Of a DNA stretch of 64,000 bases, positions 9,431 through 19,422 are shown piece after piece. How positions within the stretch are numbered: the stretch's first letter is position 1; every line of letters begins with the position of its first letter. The notes under the pieces were generated by a model that saw only the letters and a program-made list of their open reading frames with translations, ran no database searches and had not been told where the DNA came from. The DNA is from Candidatus Freyarchaeum deiterrae (GTDB lineage Archaea; Asgardarchaeota; Jordiarchaeia; Jordiarchaeales; Jordiarchaeaceae): NCBI GenBank assembly GCA_037305845.1, contig CP147778.1, positions 3,328,001 to 3,392,000 on the forward strand, read 5' to 3'. The position numbers and the translations under genes were made by a program.

Positions 9431-10840
9431 ATGCCCAAGGGAATCGTTGTTATTAAGTGGGACGATAGAGTTGGTCCTGTGATTCTGGCCAAGCATCCTG
9501 AGAAAATTGGATTTGACATGGATCTAGCTATGAAGGTGTACACTACTCACTTTGCTGGTTCCACTCCACCCTTCTCGGTTTTAGATATTGGAGACTGGCA
9601 CATTGCGAGTTATTATCTTCCAAAAGACAAGTATCTCTTCGCTCTGGTTCTTGATCCCGAAGAACGCGGAGACAAGTATGAGGATAAGCTTTTCGCAGTT
9701 GCAGGTAAGTCCAAGAAACTTATGAAGAAAAAGAGAGGCATTATCGACGATTTACCCAAGCTATACGCCGAGTTGAAGACTGCAGGAGTCACCTTTAAGA
9801 GAAGTGAACTGTACGAAAAACCAGAGATTAAGAAGCTCTTGGAAAAGTTTATGGATAACACTTTGTCTGAGCTTGAACCTACTTTTAACTGGGATGAAGG
9901 ATTTAGATACACTAATGTAGAGAAAATTACAGGTCTCGACCCCATTGACACCAAAGTTTTGCTTGAAACTCTTAGCAGATATAAACTCCTTAACCGGAAA
10001 GCTTTCGATTCCGCTTTAGCCTGCCCTAATTGTGGTTCCTTTAGGATTCGGGTTCGTTACCGTTGCCCTTACTGCTCCTCGTTTAGTATTCAAAAGAGCA
10101 ACTTTATTGAGTGTTTCCTCTGCGGCACAGTCGACACTGAGGAGTTTTTTTCAGGAGTCTACTACGGCGAGCCTGACAAGTACTTCTGTCCAAAATGTGA
10201 GAAAGAGCTTAAGGGCCTGAGTTTGGATTACCGAAAAATACAGGCACAGAACAGGTGCGAAAACTGCAAAAAAATATTCACAGAAGTTAATGTCGCGGTT
10301 CAGTGCACCGAATGCAACCACACCGTTAAACTTGCTTTCACTAAAATAGTTGAAGCACCATTTTACACTCTAAACACGGAATACACTAAAGAAATCAAGA
10401 GACAAATATCAAGCATACAATTAAGACAGATGATCTCCAGCCTCTACAAGAAGAAGGGTTGGAAAGTGGAAGCACCAGGAACAATTGTGGGCAGCGACAA
10501 TGTTACCTACGATTTTCAAGTCGTAGCCGAAATGCCTGACACTCTGGGCAAGGAATTAATTAAAAACATTCTCCCAGGAGGAAAAATCGCGATTGACATT
10601 GTTGAGGACACAGAGGAAGTCAAAAAGGAAAAGATCATGGAATTCGTAGGAAAAAATACGAGCATAGTCCCAGTCCAGTACCTAATAGTAGCTATACCCA
10701 AACTATCAGAAGAGGCGAAACAACTCCTGAAAAAACAGGAAATAATGTTCTGCGAAAAGGAAAGGGCACAAAACGAGGTACCAGCACTAGTTGAAAACAT
10801 AGCATGTATAGATGTTTCAGAACTCGTGCCAGAGAAATAA
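9431..10840 (+). CDS. Longin(uDENN/NPR2-like)-TackOD1-restriction-fold fusion protein
   Basis: N-terminal MPKGIVVIKWDDRVGPVIL longin start; six CxxC pairs; C-terminal GWKVEAPGTIVG...YDFQVVAE Mrr-like fold; ATG 9431 follows a GGTGA SD. Confidence 0.65.
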   Translation: MPKGIVVIKWDDRVGPVILAKHPEKIGFDMDLAMKVYTTHFAGSTPPFSVLDIGDWHIASYYLPKDKYLFALVLDPEERGDKYEDKLFAVAGKSKKLMKKKRGIIDDLPKLYAELKTAGVTFKRSELYEKPEIKKLLEKFMDNTLSELEPTFNWDEGFRYTNVEKITGLDPIDTKVLLETLSRYKLLNRKAFDSALACPNCGSFRIRVRYRCPYCSSFSIQKSNFIECFLCGTVDTEEFFSGVYYGEPDKYFCPKCEKELKGLSLDYRKIQAQNRCENCKKIFTEVNVAVQCTECNHTVKLAFTKIVEAPFYTLNTEYTKEIKRQISSIQLRQMISSLYKKKGWKVEAPGTIVGSDNVTYDFQVVAEMPDTLGKELIKNILPGGKIAIDIVEDTEEVKKEKIMEFVGKNTSIVPVQYLIVAIPKLSEEAKQLLKKQEIMFCEKERAQNEVPALVENIACIDVSELVPEK

Positions 10841-11243
10841 AATAAATAAAATGATTATCCAGGAAAACTCCAGCACCAAAAATTCGTGAAAAAAACACCC
10901 CGGCGGTGCAGATTCACCAATCCTTGGTTGAAAAGAGGCCTATTATGACCTCTTTTGAGGAAGACCACCCAATCTGCGTTCCCGTCGGGGTGCAAATGTT
11001 TACTTTTAAATCTCATTTGGAGAGGCCTACTATCGGGGTGGTTAGTAAAAGCATAGGGGGTATAAGAAGAATGGATGGTTGGAAGTGTGTGTGGTGGAAT
11101 AGTGTATCGGTTGTTTTTGTTCACTTGATACTATTTAAGACCAAACCTTCTTCCTCTTTTTCGGTGTGGGTTGCACTGGAGGCTTTTACGTTCAAATTTT
11201 ATGAAGCTAAAATAAAACAAAGTATTAGGGGGAGAAATCGACA

Positions 11244-12224
11244 ATGAAAAAAAGAGGATTCTTAGAGGTCTTGACAATACTACTGCTAACCCCCACATTA
11301 CTTGCGATGACACAACAAGATAAGGGCTTTACGCTTTATCTTTTGCTGGGAGTGGCGATTTGTTCCGTGGTTGTGGCTATAATAGCCGCTAATAGGTTGC
11401 GTATAAAACATGTGATTCCAACTAAAGTTTTGGCTAGTCTTGAAAACATCATTATAGACCATACTCTCAGCGGCGTCACTCTATGGGCGTTTGACTTTCT
11501 AAGAATGAATCAGGACGTAGGACTTCTTTCCGGATTCATGTCCGCCGTGAGATCATTTCTGGACGAGATGAAAGAGGGTGGCCTAAGAAAACTGGAAACT
11601 GAGTCTAGAATGCTTATCAGAGAGAATGGTGATTTTCTGACAGCAACCTGTATCGCCCGTATCAAGACTCCTCAGGAAGAGGAATGGATTAGACAAAGGC
11701 TGCGTAAATTTTTGTTAAACGCTGAACAACAACACCGAAAAAGGCTGGAAAATTGGATGGGCTGTGTCAGGCCTTTCAAAGCCTCATTTATGAGGATCCT
11801 GGCTTCAGTGATTAATCTCGATAAGGCTGAGAAGCTTCAAACGGAGAGGCTTTCCAAGATCCGGAGAGACAAAGAGAGACTCCAAGAGGAGCTTAGAACC
11901 CTGAATTTCCAGCTGGAGAAGCTAAACCAGCAGTTAGGCGTTGAAGAAATAAATGAAAAGGAGTTTGAAGCTAGGAAAAACGAAATAGAACTGAACTATG
12001 AAGACATTCAGAATAATTACGATGAAACTAGTCTCCTCCTATCAAGGGTGCCCTCCACACCAAGGAAAAAACTAATTACAACAGTAGTCACGAGGGAGAC
12101 TAGAAATTATGCAAATCAGACTCCTCTAAACCAAAATGAAAAAAGAAAAATTACAAGTGAAAGAGCGTGGAGGCACCACAAAAACCGGAAACAAAAAAAT
12201 ATTAAAAGTATTTATAACATATAG
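11244..12224 (+). CDS. Membrane-anchored longin-domain protein (short paralog of 12274 lacking the ectodomain)
   Basis: Two N-terminal hydrophobic segments, then Asgard longin motif LLSGFMSAVRSFLDE and a coiled coil; highly similar to the C-terminal third of 12274. Confidence 0.75.
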   Translation: MKKRGFLEVLTILLLTPTLLAMTQQDKGFTLYLLLGVAICSVVVAIIAANRLRIKHVIPTKVLASLENIIIDHTLSGVTLWAFDFLRMNQDVGLLSGFMSAVRSFLDEMKEGGLRKLETESRMLIRENGDFLTATCIARIKTPQEEEWIRQRLRKFLLNAEQQHRKRLENWMGCVRPFKASFMRILASVINLDKAEKLQTERLSKIRRDKERLQEELRTLNFQLEKLNQQLGVEEINEKEFEARKNEIELNYEDIQNNYDETSLLLSRVPSTPRKKLITTVVTRETRNYANQTPLNQNEKRKITSERAWRHHKNRKQKNIKSIYNI

Positions 12225-12273
12225 TTATACAGGAAAGCATTAAAAATTATCGTGAAATGCGAGACGACCAACA

Positions 12274-15156
12274 ATGAAGAAAAGGGGAATCCTAACAATA
12301 GCAGTGGTCTTTTTTCTAATAATCCTAGCAGTCGGGATGCTTTCAACGTCAAATCCTCCAGCAATATTTCAAAACTATCCCCAAAATAATCCGAAAGCAA
12401 CCATAAAATCATACATCGGAAGCGGCGACCAGTTAAACGCTCTGCTCTACATAGTGAACAACTACAACAGCACTGCGAATGCTACAAGCACAACCTCTAA
12501 CATATACCTTCCCTGCCCTGCCGGTTGGAAAATCGTCTGGACGAACCTGACCCTATCAAACATTTTTGCTCCCAACAGTACCATTGTACCCAACAATGAT
12601 GTTGATAACGCTAGTTTTACACTCGCCACAGGTTCCCCTTACGCGATGTCATTTCAATTAACAAATAACGCATGGCTGGATAACATTAGTGTTCTGCTGA
12701 ACACCGCAAGTTCAAGTGCTAAAGCAAACTTTTACGTTTACAATGCGACAAACAATAGTGGAATACCTCAACCATATTATCGAATTGCTAGCATATTAGG
12801 AGTTTCACTCACAGTTGGAACTATCTGGAAAAATGTTACTTTTCCGCATATATTTTTGGATACTTCAAAAACGTTTGGTAACACCTTCTTTATCGGTGTT
12901 GAACGAAGCAACTCTTATGCTCAGTACTGGAGAGCTGTTAACTATACGACATCACCTTTTCTGGGCTACGGATACGTGTATCAAAACATCTACGGAGTTT
13001 GGGCGTATTTATCGCATTATGATTGCAAACTCAAAGTTAATGTGAGTGCAAGCACAACACCAAACCCTGAGAGTGCCCTGCCCTCAGAAATAGGCTTAAC
13101 CATTAATGGTTCACTAGTTTCAGACATAAGTAAGGGCAGTGGAGTATGGATTAATAGTACAGCAGCTTATGGAATAAATGACTACGTCTTCCAAGATGCG
13201 AATTCAACTTGGATGTCCACCGTACGTTTCTCTTACGTTTGGAACGTCACCTACAACAGAGAAACCAATGCTAGTACTAATTTTGTCGTTAATACTGGTA
13301 GTAACGCTTTTTGGAATATTACAGTTAATGCAACTGGCAATGACGCTTTCCCGTTGACTGCCCATGGCATTAATCACATAAATATCACAGGGATTCCCAT
13401 CTTTTGGGGAGATGAGAGTTCTATGGCGTATAATATGACAGGCGGCAGTTGGATTCCGCTGGATTCTTATCCCCCTGATACTATTAGTTTTCCCGCCGGT
13501 AACGGAACCTGGATCGTGAACTGCACATCTCCTAACCATCAACCTGATATAGACTTCAATGTTGGTGGGGCGCAGGTTGAAAACGCAACCCTTGATGATG
13601 TTCTTAACATTACCGTAAACTTTTACACTCCTGTTGGGGGTACTGCTAATCTTAGTGTATATGACCCTTCTCAAATTCTGAATTATTCAGCTGAAAACAT
13701 TTTAAACTTGGGTACAAGTACTTGGTTTACTTGGAATGTTAGCAATAGTGCTGCATCCACTGGAACGTATAACGTAACCATCCGGTTCAAGTACGGATTA
13801 ATTGTCGGGTATAATGAAACAACTCTCAATATTGTGCCTTTTATAAACGCTACCATCGGTATCAACAGTTTTTCACCAGATATTGAGTATCCTAATAACG
13901 CTTCTGTAATTCTCTACTATAATGACGGAACAGGACAGGGAATAATAGGAGCATTAATTACCGCTCATGATGACACCAAACAATTAAACATTAGTTGGGA
14001 TGATAACAGTGATGGCACCTACAACGTTACAATATACTTCGGTACAGACTTCGGTACCCACCAAGTTTATCTCACCACCAGTAAACGACTTTATGAATCA
14101 AGCACTTCTGACCCAATCTCAATCAATTACGTACCTTCAAACCCAGAACCAATAAACCCTCTATACGCTGCTCTAATTGGATTAATGTCCAATACCATGA
14201 CGGAACAGAATCAAAGCATTACTCTTTATCTCTTAATCGGAACCATTGCGGGATCTGTGATTACGGCGGCAGTGGGAACTGATAGGCTGCGTAGGAAACG
14301 CGAGGTACCAATAAAGGCTTTAGCAAGCCTCGAAAGTATTATTATAGACCACACAATCAGCGGCGTCACAATGTGGGTGTTTGACTTTATAAAAATGGAT
14401 CAGGACGTAGGTCTTCTCTCAGGATTTATGTCCGCGGTCAAATCATTCTTGGATGAAATGAAAGAGGGCGGACTAAGAAAGCTGGAAACGGAATTTAGAA
14501 CCTTCATCAGAGAGAACGGCGAGTTTCTAACAATTACCTGCATCGCTAGCATTGACACTCTACAAGAAGAGGAATGGATTAGACAAAGACTACGCAAATT
14601 TTTACAAGACGCAGAGCAACAGCACCGGGATACGCTCGAAAACTGGATGGGCAATCTCAAACCTTTCAAAACCTCATTCATGGAGATACTGGCTTCAGTA
14701 ATCGATCTCGATAAGGCGGAGAAACTCAAGATGGAAAGAATCACCAAGATACAGAGAGATAGAGAGAGCCTCCAAGCGGAGCTAAACAATTTGAATTCTC
14801 AGATGAAGAATCTAAACAAGCAGTCAAAAGCAGGAGAAATCAGCAAAGAAGAATTTGAAGTCAAAAAAACCGAAATAGAGCTGGAGCACCAAAGTGTTCA
14901 GAGACAATACGAAGAGGTCGACCTCCTTCTATCAAGATTGCCGACCACCCCCGAACAGAAAAAGGCTACAATAGCACCCAATAAGAAGATCGCAAAACAA
15001 ACAGGACAGGCTCCTCTAAATAATAATGGAAACATGGGAATTACAAAAGAAAGAGCTGGAAAACTCGATAAACAACAGAAACAAAAAACGCGTAGAAAAA
15101 TTTCGAAAATAACTAATGATTCTTCTCGGAAAAAACCGAAGAAACTACAAAAATAA
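12274..15156 (+). CDS. Receptor-like membrane protein: large Asn/Thr-rich ectodomain, TM, cytoplasmic longin domain and coiled coil
   Basis: N-terminal signal/TM; about 600 aa beta-rich region with many N-x-S/T sequons; TM followed by RLRRKR; LLSGFMSAVKSFLDE; GEISKEEFE SHOCT-like motif. Confidence 0.75.
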   Translation: MKKRGILTIAVVFFLIILAVGMLSTSNPPAIFQNYPQNNPKATIKSYIGSGDQLNALLYIVNNYNSTANATSTTSNIYLPCPAGWKIVWTNLTLSNIFAPNSTIVPNNDVDNASFTLATGSPYAMSFQLTNNAWLDNISVLLNTASSSAKANFYVYNATNNSGIPQPYYRIASILGVSLTVGTIWKNVTFPHIFLDTSKTFGNTFFIGVERSNSYAQYWRAVNYTTSPFLGYGYVYQNIYGVWAYLSHYDCKLKVNVSASTTPNPESALPSEIGLTINGSLVSDISKGSGVWINSTAAYGINDYVFQDANSTWMSTVRFSYVWNVTYNRETNASTNFVVNTGSNAFWNITVNATGNDAFPLTAHGINHINITGIPIFWGDESSMAYNMTGGSWIPLDSYPPDTISFPAGNGTWIVNCTSPNHQPDIDFNVGGAQVENATLDDVLNITVNFYTPVGGTANLSVYDPSQILNYSAENILNLGTSTWFTWNVSNSAASTGTYNVTIRFKYGLIVGYNETTLNIVPFINATIGINSFSPDIEYPNNASVILYYNDGTGQGIIGALITAHDDTKQLNISWDDNSDGTYNVTIYFGTDFGTHQVYLTTSKRLYESSTSDPISINYVPSNPEPINPLYAALIGLMSNTMTEQNQSITLYLLIGTIAGSVITAAVGTDRLRRKREVPIKALASLESIIIDHTISGVTMWVFDFIKMDQDVGLLSGFMSAVKSFLDEMKEGGLRKLETEFRTFIRENGEFLTITCIASIDTLQEEEWIRQRLRKFLQDAEQQHRDTLENWMGNLKPFKTSFMEILASVIDLDKAEKLKMERITKIQRDRESLQAELNNLNSQMKNLNKQSKAGEISKEEFEVKKTEIELEHQSVQRQYEEVDLLLSRLPTTPEQKKATIAPNKKIAKQTGQAPLNNNGNMGITKERAGKLDKQQKQKTRRKISKITNDSSRKKPKKLQK

Positions 15157-15269
15157 TAAGCCATCCAAGAATTCAAAAATCCCTTATTTTTAAAATTTTA
15201 CTCACCACTAAAAAGGGGCACAAGCTGGGAAGAGAGAAACAATCATGTAACAAGTAATTTATAATGTAA

Positions 15270-15761
15270 TCATAATTTTACGAATATAAAAGTTACATCA
15301 AATGGCAAGTGGTTAAAATGAACCGTTTCTTTCACGGAAAATCCTAGTTTCTCGTACCATTCTTTAAGTTCTGTATGCTTGGCGATGATGCCAATCTCAA
15401 CACGGTGAGCTTTTTTCTTTAAAGCCTCTTCTAAGACATGCCTTACCAAAGCCTCTCCAAAACCTTTCCTTCGGTATTCTGGCAAAACGGCGAGTCGCTC
15501 AAGATAACTAACTTCAGGCTGAGCTTGTTCCAATGCTACACAGCCACAAGGCTTACCATTGCTTTCCAGTATGTAATATGTGACTCCTTTATCCTGCTCC
15601 TTGCTAATCCATTCTTCTGTACAGTTTGAAGGATGGGTGGGGGAATTTTCGGGTGTGAGGTTGAACCTTTCAGCAACATCTCGAAACGAATTGCGAATAA
15701 TAGTCGTTAAAAGAGAAACATCATCTCTCGTAGCTCCTCTTATTAGCATATTGAAGATCAC
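15270..15761 (-). CDS. GNAT family N-acetyltransferase
   Basis: LERLAVLPEYRRKGFGEALV motif A; WYEKLGF. Confidence 0.9.
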   Translation of the reverse strand: MIFNMLIRGATRDDVSLLTTIIRNSFRDVAERFNLTPENSPTHPSNCTEEWISKEQDKGVTYYILESNGKPCGCVALEQAQPEVSYLERLAVLPEYRRKGFGEALVRHVLEEALKKKAHRVEIGIIAKHTELKEWYEKLGFSVKETVHFNHLPFDVTFIFVKL

Positions 15762-16013
15762 TTTTAGTCGAGTCTTTTCACTAAATTATATCTATAGATG
15801 GGGCAAAAATATGATATGTTTTCCGCAACATATTATCATTTAGCCTTTTTTCTTAATCTCGAATCCTTGAATCAGCACCTAGTCCTAATATTAATGTAAT
15901 AAAGAAAGGTATTAAGGCTCGACTGAACTCTTAATTATTGATGCCTATAAACTATTCTTGTTTCGATACCGTGAGTTAGAGATTCTCTGATTATTTTAAG
16001 GAGGCGAATAAGT

Positions 16014-16454
16014 ATGGCTGAAGAGAAAACGCGTTTGGTTAAAGCGACTGCGAGTTGGAAAGGTGGAGGTCTTCAGGGCAAGATAGACTATCTTAACGGC
16101 GTAAAACTGGATTTTGTTGCCCCAGCCCCATTAGGGCCCCGAACGGATATGATAACACCGGAGGGAAGCCTCGTGGCTGCTCTCTGCATGTGTTATGAAC
16201 TTACTCTAGTATTCTTCCTCCAGAGCATGAAAATCGAAGTATCCGAATTGGAGGTCAGAGGCGTGGGAGATGCACCGGGAGATGTAGGCCCGGGAAAGGG
16301 ATTCAAGAAAATCGAGCTAAAACCAGTATTTAAGGTTAAGAAAGCGGATAAAGATAAGGCACTCAAGGCAGTGAATCAGGCAAAAGACTATTGCCTAGTA
16401 GCTAACTCCTTAAAAGCACCCATCACGCTCGCACCAGAAATTAATACCATATAG
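16014..16454 (+). CDS. OsmC/Ohr family protein
   Basis: TPEGSLVAALCMCY and KDYCLVANSL cysteine motifs. Confidence 0.85.
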   Translation: MAEEKTRLVKATASWKGGGLQGKIDYLNGVKLDFVAPAPLGPRTDMITPEGSLVAALCMCYELTLVFFLQSMKIEVSELEVRGVGDAPGDVGPGKGFKKIELKPVFKVKKADKDKALKAVNQAKDYCLVANSLKAPITLAPEINTI

Positions 16455-16595
16455 CCAGGTGAACAAAAAATTCCCGAGTAACTTCTTCTCTCATACTTTC
16501 TTTTTCAAAGAAAAAAAATAATTTAAACAGCTAAATGTCTTATTCTTCTTCTTTTTAAGAGCATTCCCAAAATATAAAAAAGAAAGGAAGATTTT

Positions 16596-19112
16596 TTAGA
16601 GGCTTCCGAATTCTGCACGGGCTATTATGTCGTCCTGTATGGGTTTTCCAAGGTCTGTGAAGTAGGCGCAGTAGCCGGACACTCTTACCACTAGGTCTCG
16701 GTATTTCTCGGGGTTTTTCTGGGCGTCTCTCAGGGTTTGGCTGTCCACTATGTTGAACTGGACTTGGCTTCCTCCCAGCTTGAAGTAGGCTCTGATAAGA
16801 CTGGCTAGCTTCTGTCTTCGTTCCTCGTCTCTGAGGAGTGCGGGGAGCATTTTGATGTTCAGTGAGCAGCCGTTGGCGATTTTTGTGTGGTCGATTTTTG
16901 AGCATGATTTCAGGACGGCAGTAGGTCCGTTATTCTCCATCCCGTTGCTCGGGGATAAGCTGTTTGACGTGGGTTCTCCGGCTTTTCTACCGTTGGGCGT
17001 TGCTCCCAGTAAGTTTCCGTCTAGAACGTGTAGTCCATAAGAGAAGAATGAGGCTCTGTAGGGTCCTCCTCTCCAAGCCTTTTTGCTCATGACCATGTTG
17101 CAGAAGGTTTCGGCTATTTCTCTGGCTATCAAATCGGCGTAGTCGTCGTCGTTACCATATTTTGGAGCCTTGTTTATCAGTATCTGGCGTAGTCGTTCTC
17201 CCTTCTTTCCTCTAAAATTGGTTTCGAGGGCGTCTATCACTTCGCCCATCGTTGCGGTTTTGTCTTCGAAAACCACCTTTTTTAATGCTGCCAGGGAGTC
17301 AACTGTTGTGCCTATTCCCCGTCCACTTATGGAGTTGAAATTGTACCTCGCTCCTCCACTGGTCATATCCATAGCGTTTTCCACACAGCCCTCCAGAGTA
17401 GCTGAGATGTAAGGATTTTGGAACCACTTGTCATAAACCTCGTCCTTAATTTCCACCAGCTGAGATATCACATCGACGCTCTGTTGAAGCTGTTTCTTGA
17501 AGGCATCCATCAACTGTTCAAACGTCGTGAATTTCCTCGGATCCCCGGTGTCCAGTCCGGTTCTGCGTCCGAGCATCCTGATCATTCCGTTTGTGAGCAC
17601 CATTTCCAGAATACCCACCAGCGATATGTCGTTCCCACTGGTGCACCCGAAGGTGTTTCCGGCACTCGTGGGCTCTACACACCCGATTACAGCGTAGTCT
17701 CGAGCATCTCCAAACCCTGTCCCATTATTAATCAGGGCTGGGATGGTAACATCATCATTGTATAACGCGGGTCCCGAGGTTACACTGTAAACTTCAGCAA
17801 TTTTTTGAAGCCACTCCTCGCTGGACTTACTTGAAACACGCACGGAGAAGGTGTTGGTGAGATTCTTCATGTTTTTACAGGCATCCATCCAGATATAGGA
17901 GAGTTCATTCGTGGCATCCTCTCCATCTCCACCAACTCCCCCAATGGTCAGAGCGTCCTCGTCTGCTCCGAGTTCTGAGGCGGTGTGCTTTCCGAAGCTG
18001 GGAAGCAGAAGCAGATTGTAGCTGAACTTGATTAGAAGCTCTTCCACCAGCTCCAAAGCCTGCTCACGGGTGATTTTACCCTCTTCGATATCTTTCTTAT
18101 ATTGGGGGTAAAGATATTGGTCAACCCTACCCACGGCTCCAATCAAACCTACACCATAGCTTATTGACGCCATGACCTGGGTGAACCATAAGAATTGACA
18201 GGCTTCATAAAAACTTCGAGGCGGATTCCAGGGCACCCATCTACAGCTTTCAGCCATCCGGAAAAGTTCAGCTTTCCTTGTGGAGTCATTTTCTCTTTGA
18301 GCCATTTCTTCTGCTAGTGTTGCAAAGCGTTGAGCAAACATTTTTGCGGCGTCGCAGCAGACCATAACGGCGTCTAGGAAACTCTTTTTTTCAGAGTCCC
18401 TAACGGCTTTCTTTACTTCCCGTGCCTTTTCTTTTACTCCCTTGAACCCAGTTTTGATTACAGTGTTGATACCGATGACCAAGTGACCCTGAACATCAAA
18501 AACGTTCATCACCAGGTTAGGATTGTTGAGCGATACCTCGTTTAAACTGCTTGAAATGTAGCGCAGTCTTCCCCCAGCGTATATCTTCATGATTTTCAGA
18601 ATATTTTTTAAGCCGAAGTTCCTAAGCCTCCTCCAGTTGGCTCCTGGACCGAGGCTGATTTTGAAGTGCAGTCCTCTCTCCTTCATAATTTTGGTTCGGT
18701 GGTCCCTTACGGTTTTGCCCTTCCAGTACTTGAACATCTTCCCCAGTTCTTCCTCTTCCTCTCCTGATATGTGATAGGGGTGATCCTTCCTATTTTTGAG
18801 GTTTTTCAGGTCTATTTTTAGGACGTAGTTTAATTCGCCGCGTTCAATTGGGATAATGGTCGCCACGAGTTTGCTGGAGCGGTTTCCCACTATTTGTTCT
18901 TCGGGAATTATGTAGAGCGTCATTTTTTGCAGAGTGTTTTCCAGAGCCTTCGCGGCACGGATGGCTGGGTGCATACCCTCGGTTTCCTCGTAGGATTCGG
19001 TGTAGTACCGGGCACGCTCGATGCATATTTCGTAGGGTGCTTCCAGAATCTTTCTTCTATAGATTTGCGTTCTGGAAGGACTTGATGTTTGGGCTTCCGT
19101 AATTTGAACCAT
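16596..19112 (-). CDS. Glycyl radical enzyme (PFL2/dehydratase-eliminase class), substrate unknown
   Basis: VIGCVEP active-site loop, C-terminal LVVRVSGY glycyl motif, GRVDQYLYP, APKYGND. Confidence 0.92.
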   Translation of the reverse strand: MVQITEAQTSSPSRTQIYRRKILEAPYEICIERARYYTESYEETEGMHPAIRAAKALENTLQKMTLYIIPEEQIVGNRSSKLVATIIPIERGELNYVLKIDLKNLKNRKDHPYHISGEEEEELGKMFKYWKGKTVRDHRTKIMKERGLHFKISLGPGANWRRLRNFGLKNILKIMKIYAGGRLRYISSSLNEVSLNNPNLVMNVFDVQGHLVIGINTVIKTGFKGVKEKAREVKKAVRDSEKKSFLDAVMVCCDAAKMFAQRFATLAEEMAQRENDSTRKAELFRMAESCRWVPWNPPRSFYEACQFLWFTQVMASISYGVGLIGAVGRVDQYLYPQYKKDIEEGKITREQALELVEELLIKFSYNLLLLPSFGKHTASELGADEDALTIGGVGGDGEDATNELSYIWMDACKNMKNLTNTFSVRVSSKSSEEWLQKIAEVYSVTSGPALYNDDVTIPALINNGTGFGDARDYAVIGCVEPTSAGNTFGCTSGNDISLVGILEMVLTNGMIRMLGRRTGLDTGDPRKFTTFEQLMDAFKKQLQQSVDVISQLVEIKDEVYDKWFQNPYISATLEGCVENAMDMTSGGARYNFNSISGRGIGTTVDSLAALKKVVFEDKTATMGEVIDALETNFRGKKGERLRQILINKAPKYGNDDDYADLIAREIAETFCNMVMSKKAWRGGPYRASFFSYGLHVLDGNLLGATPNGRKAGEPTSNSLSPSNGMENNGPTAVLKSCSKIDHTKIANGCSLNIKMLPALLRDEERRQKLASLIRAYFKLGGSQVQFNIVDSQTLRDAQKNPEKYRDLVVRVSGYCAYFTDLGKPIQDDIIARAEFGSL

Positions 19113-19170
19113 GTTTAATCTCCCCTTGAACCTTTATTAAGTTACTAACCTTTTTTTAAGAATATGAGCT

Positions 19171-19186
19171 TTTTGCATATGCAAAA
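19171..19186. promoter_or_regulatory. Perfect 16-bp palindrome, candidate operator upstream of the GRE gene
   Basis: TTTTGCATATGCAAAA about 60 bp upstream of the GRE start. Confidence 0.45.
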
Positions 19187-19394
19187 GTACTGTAAACTGT
19201 CACTATCTCAGGAAGTGTTAAACTATGCCTTCAGTTGGAGAGAATCTTCCAAACTGAAGATAGAACTAAAGCAAATTTAGAGAATATTTATAATTTTCAC
19301 TCCGAATGAATAAAAAACAAACCAGACGGAAGCCAACTACCCAAAAAAACTTTCAGAAAAAATTTCGAAGACTTTATTAACTTTCAGGATAAGA

Positions 19395-19422
19395 TTTAAA
19401 TACAATAACAAGATTATAATCT
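19395..19422 (+). promoter_or_regulatory. TATA box plus 12-bp palindrome upstream of the response regulator
   Basis: TTTAAATA 19395-19402 followed by perfect palindrome AGATTATAATCT 19411-19422. Confidence 0.45.

Noticed and set aside
10855-11247. ORFs 10855-11124 (-) and 10906-11247 (+)
   Set aside because: No motifs, atypical composition, and they overlap each other; probably intergenic
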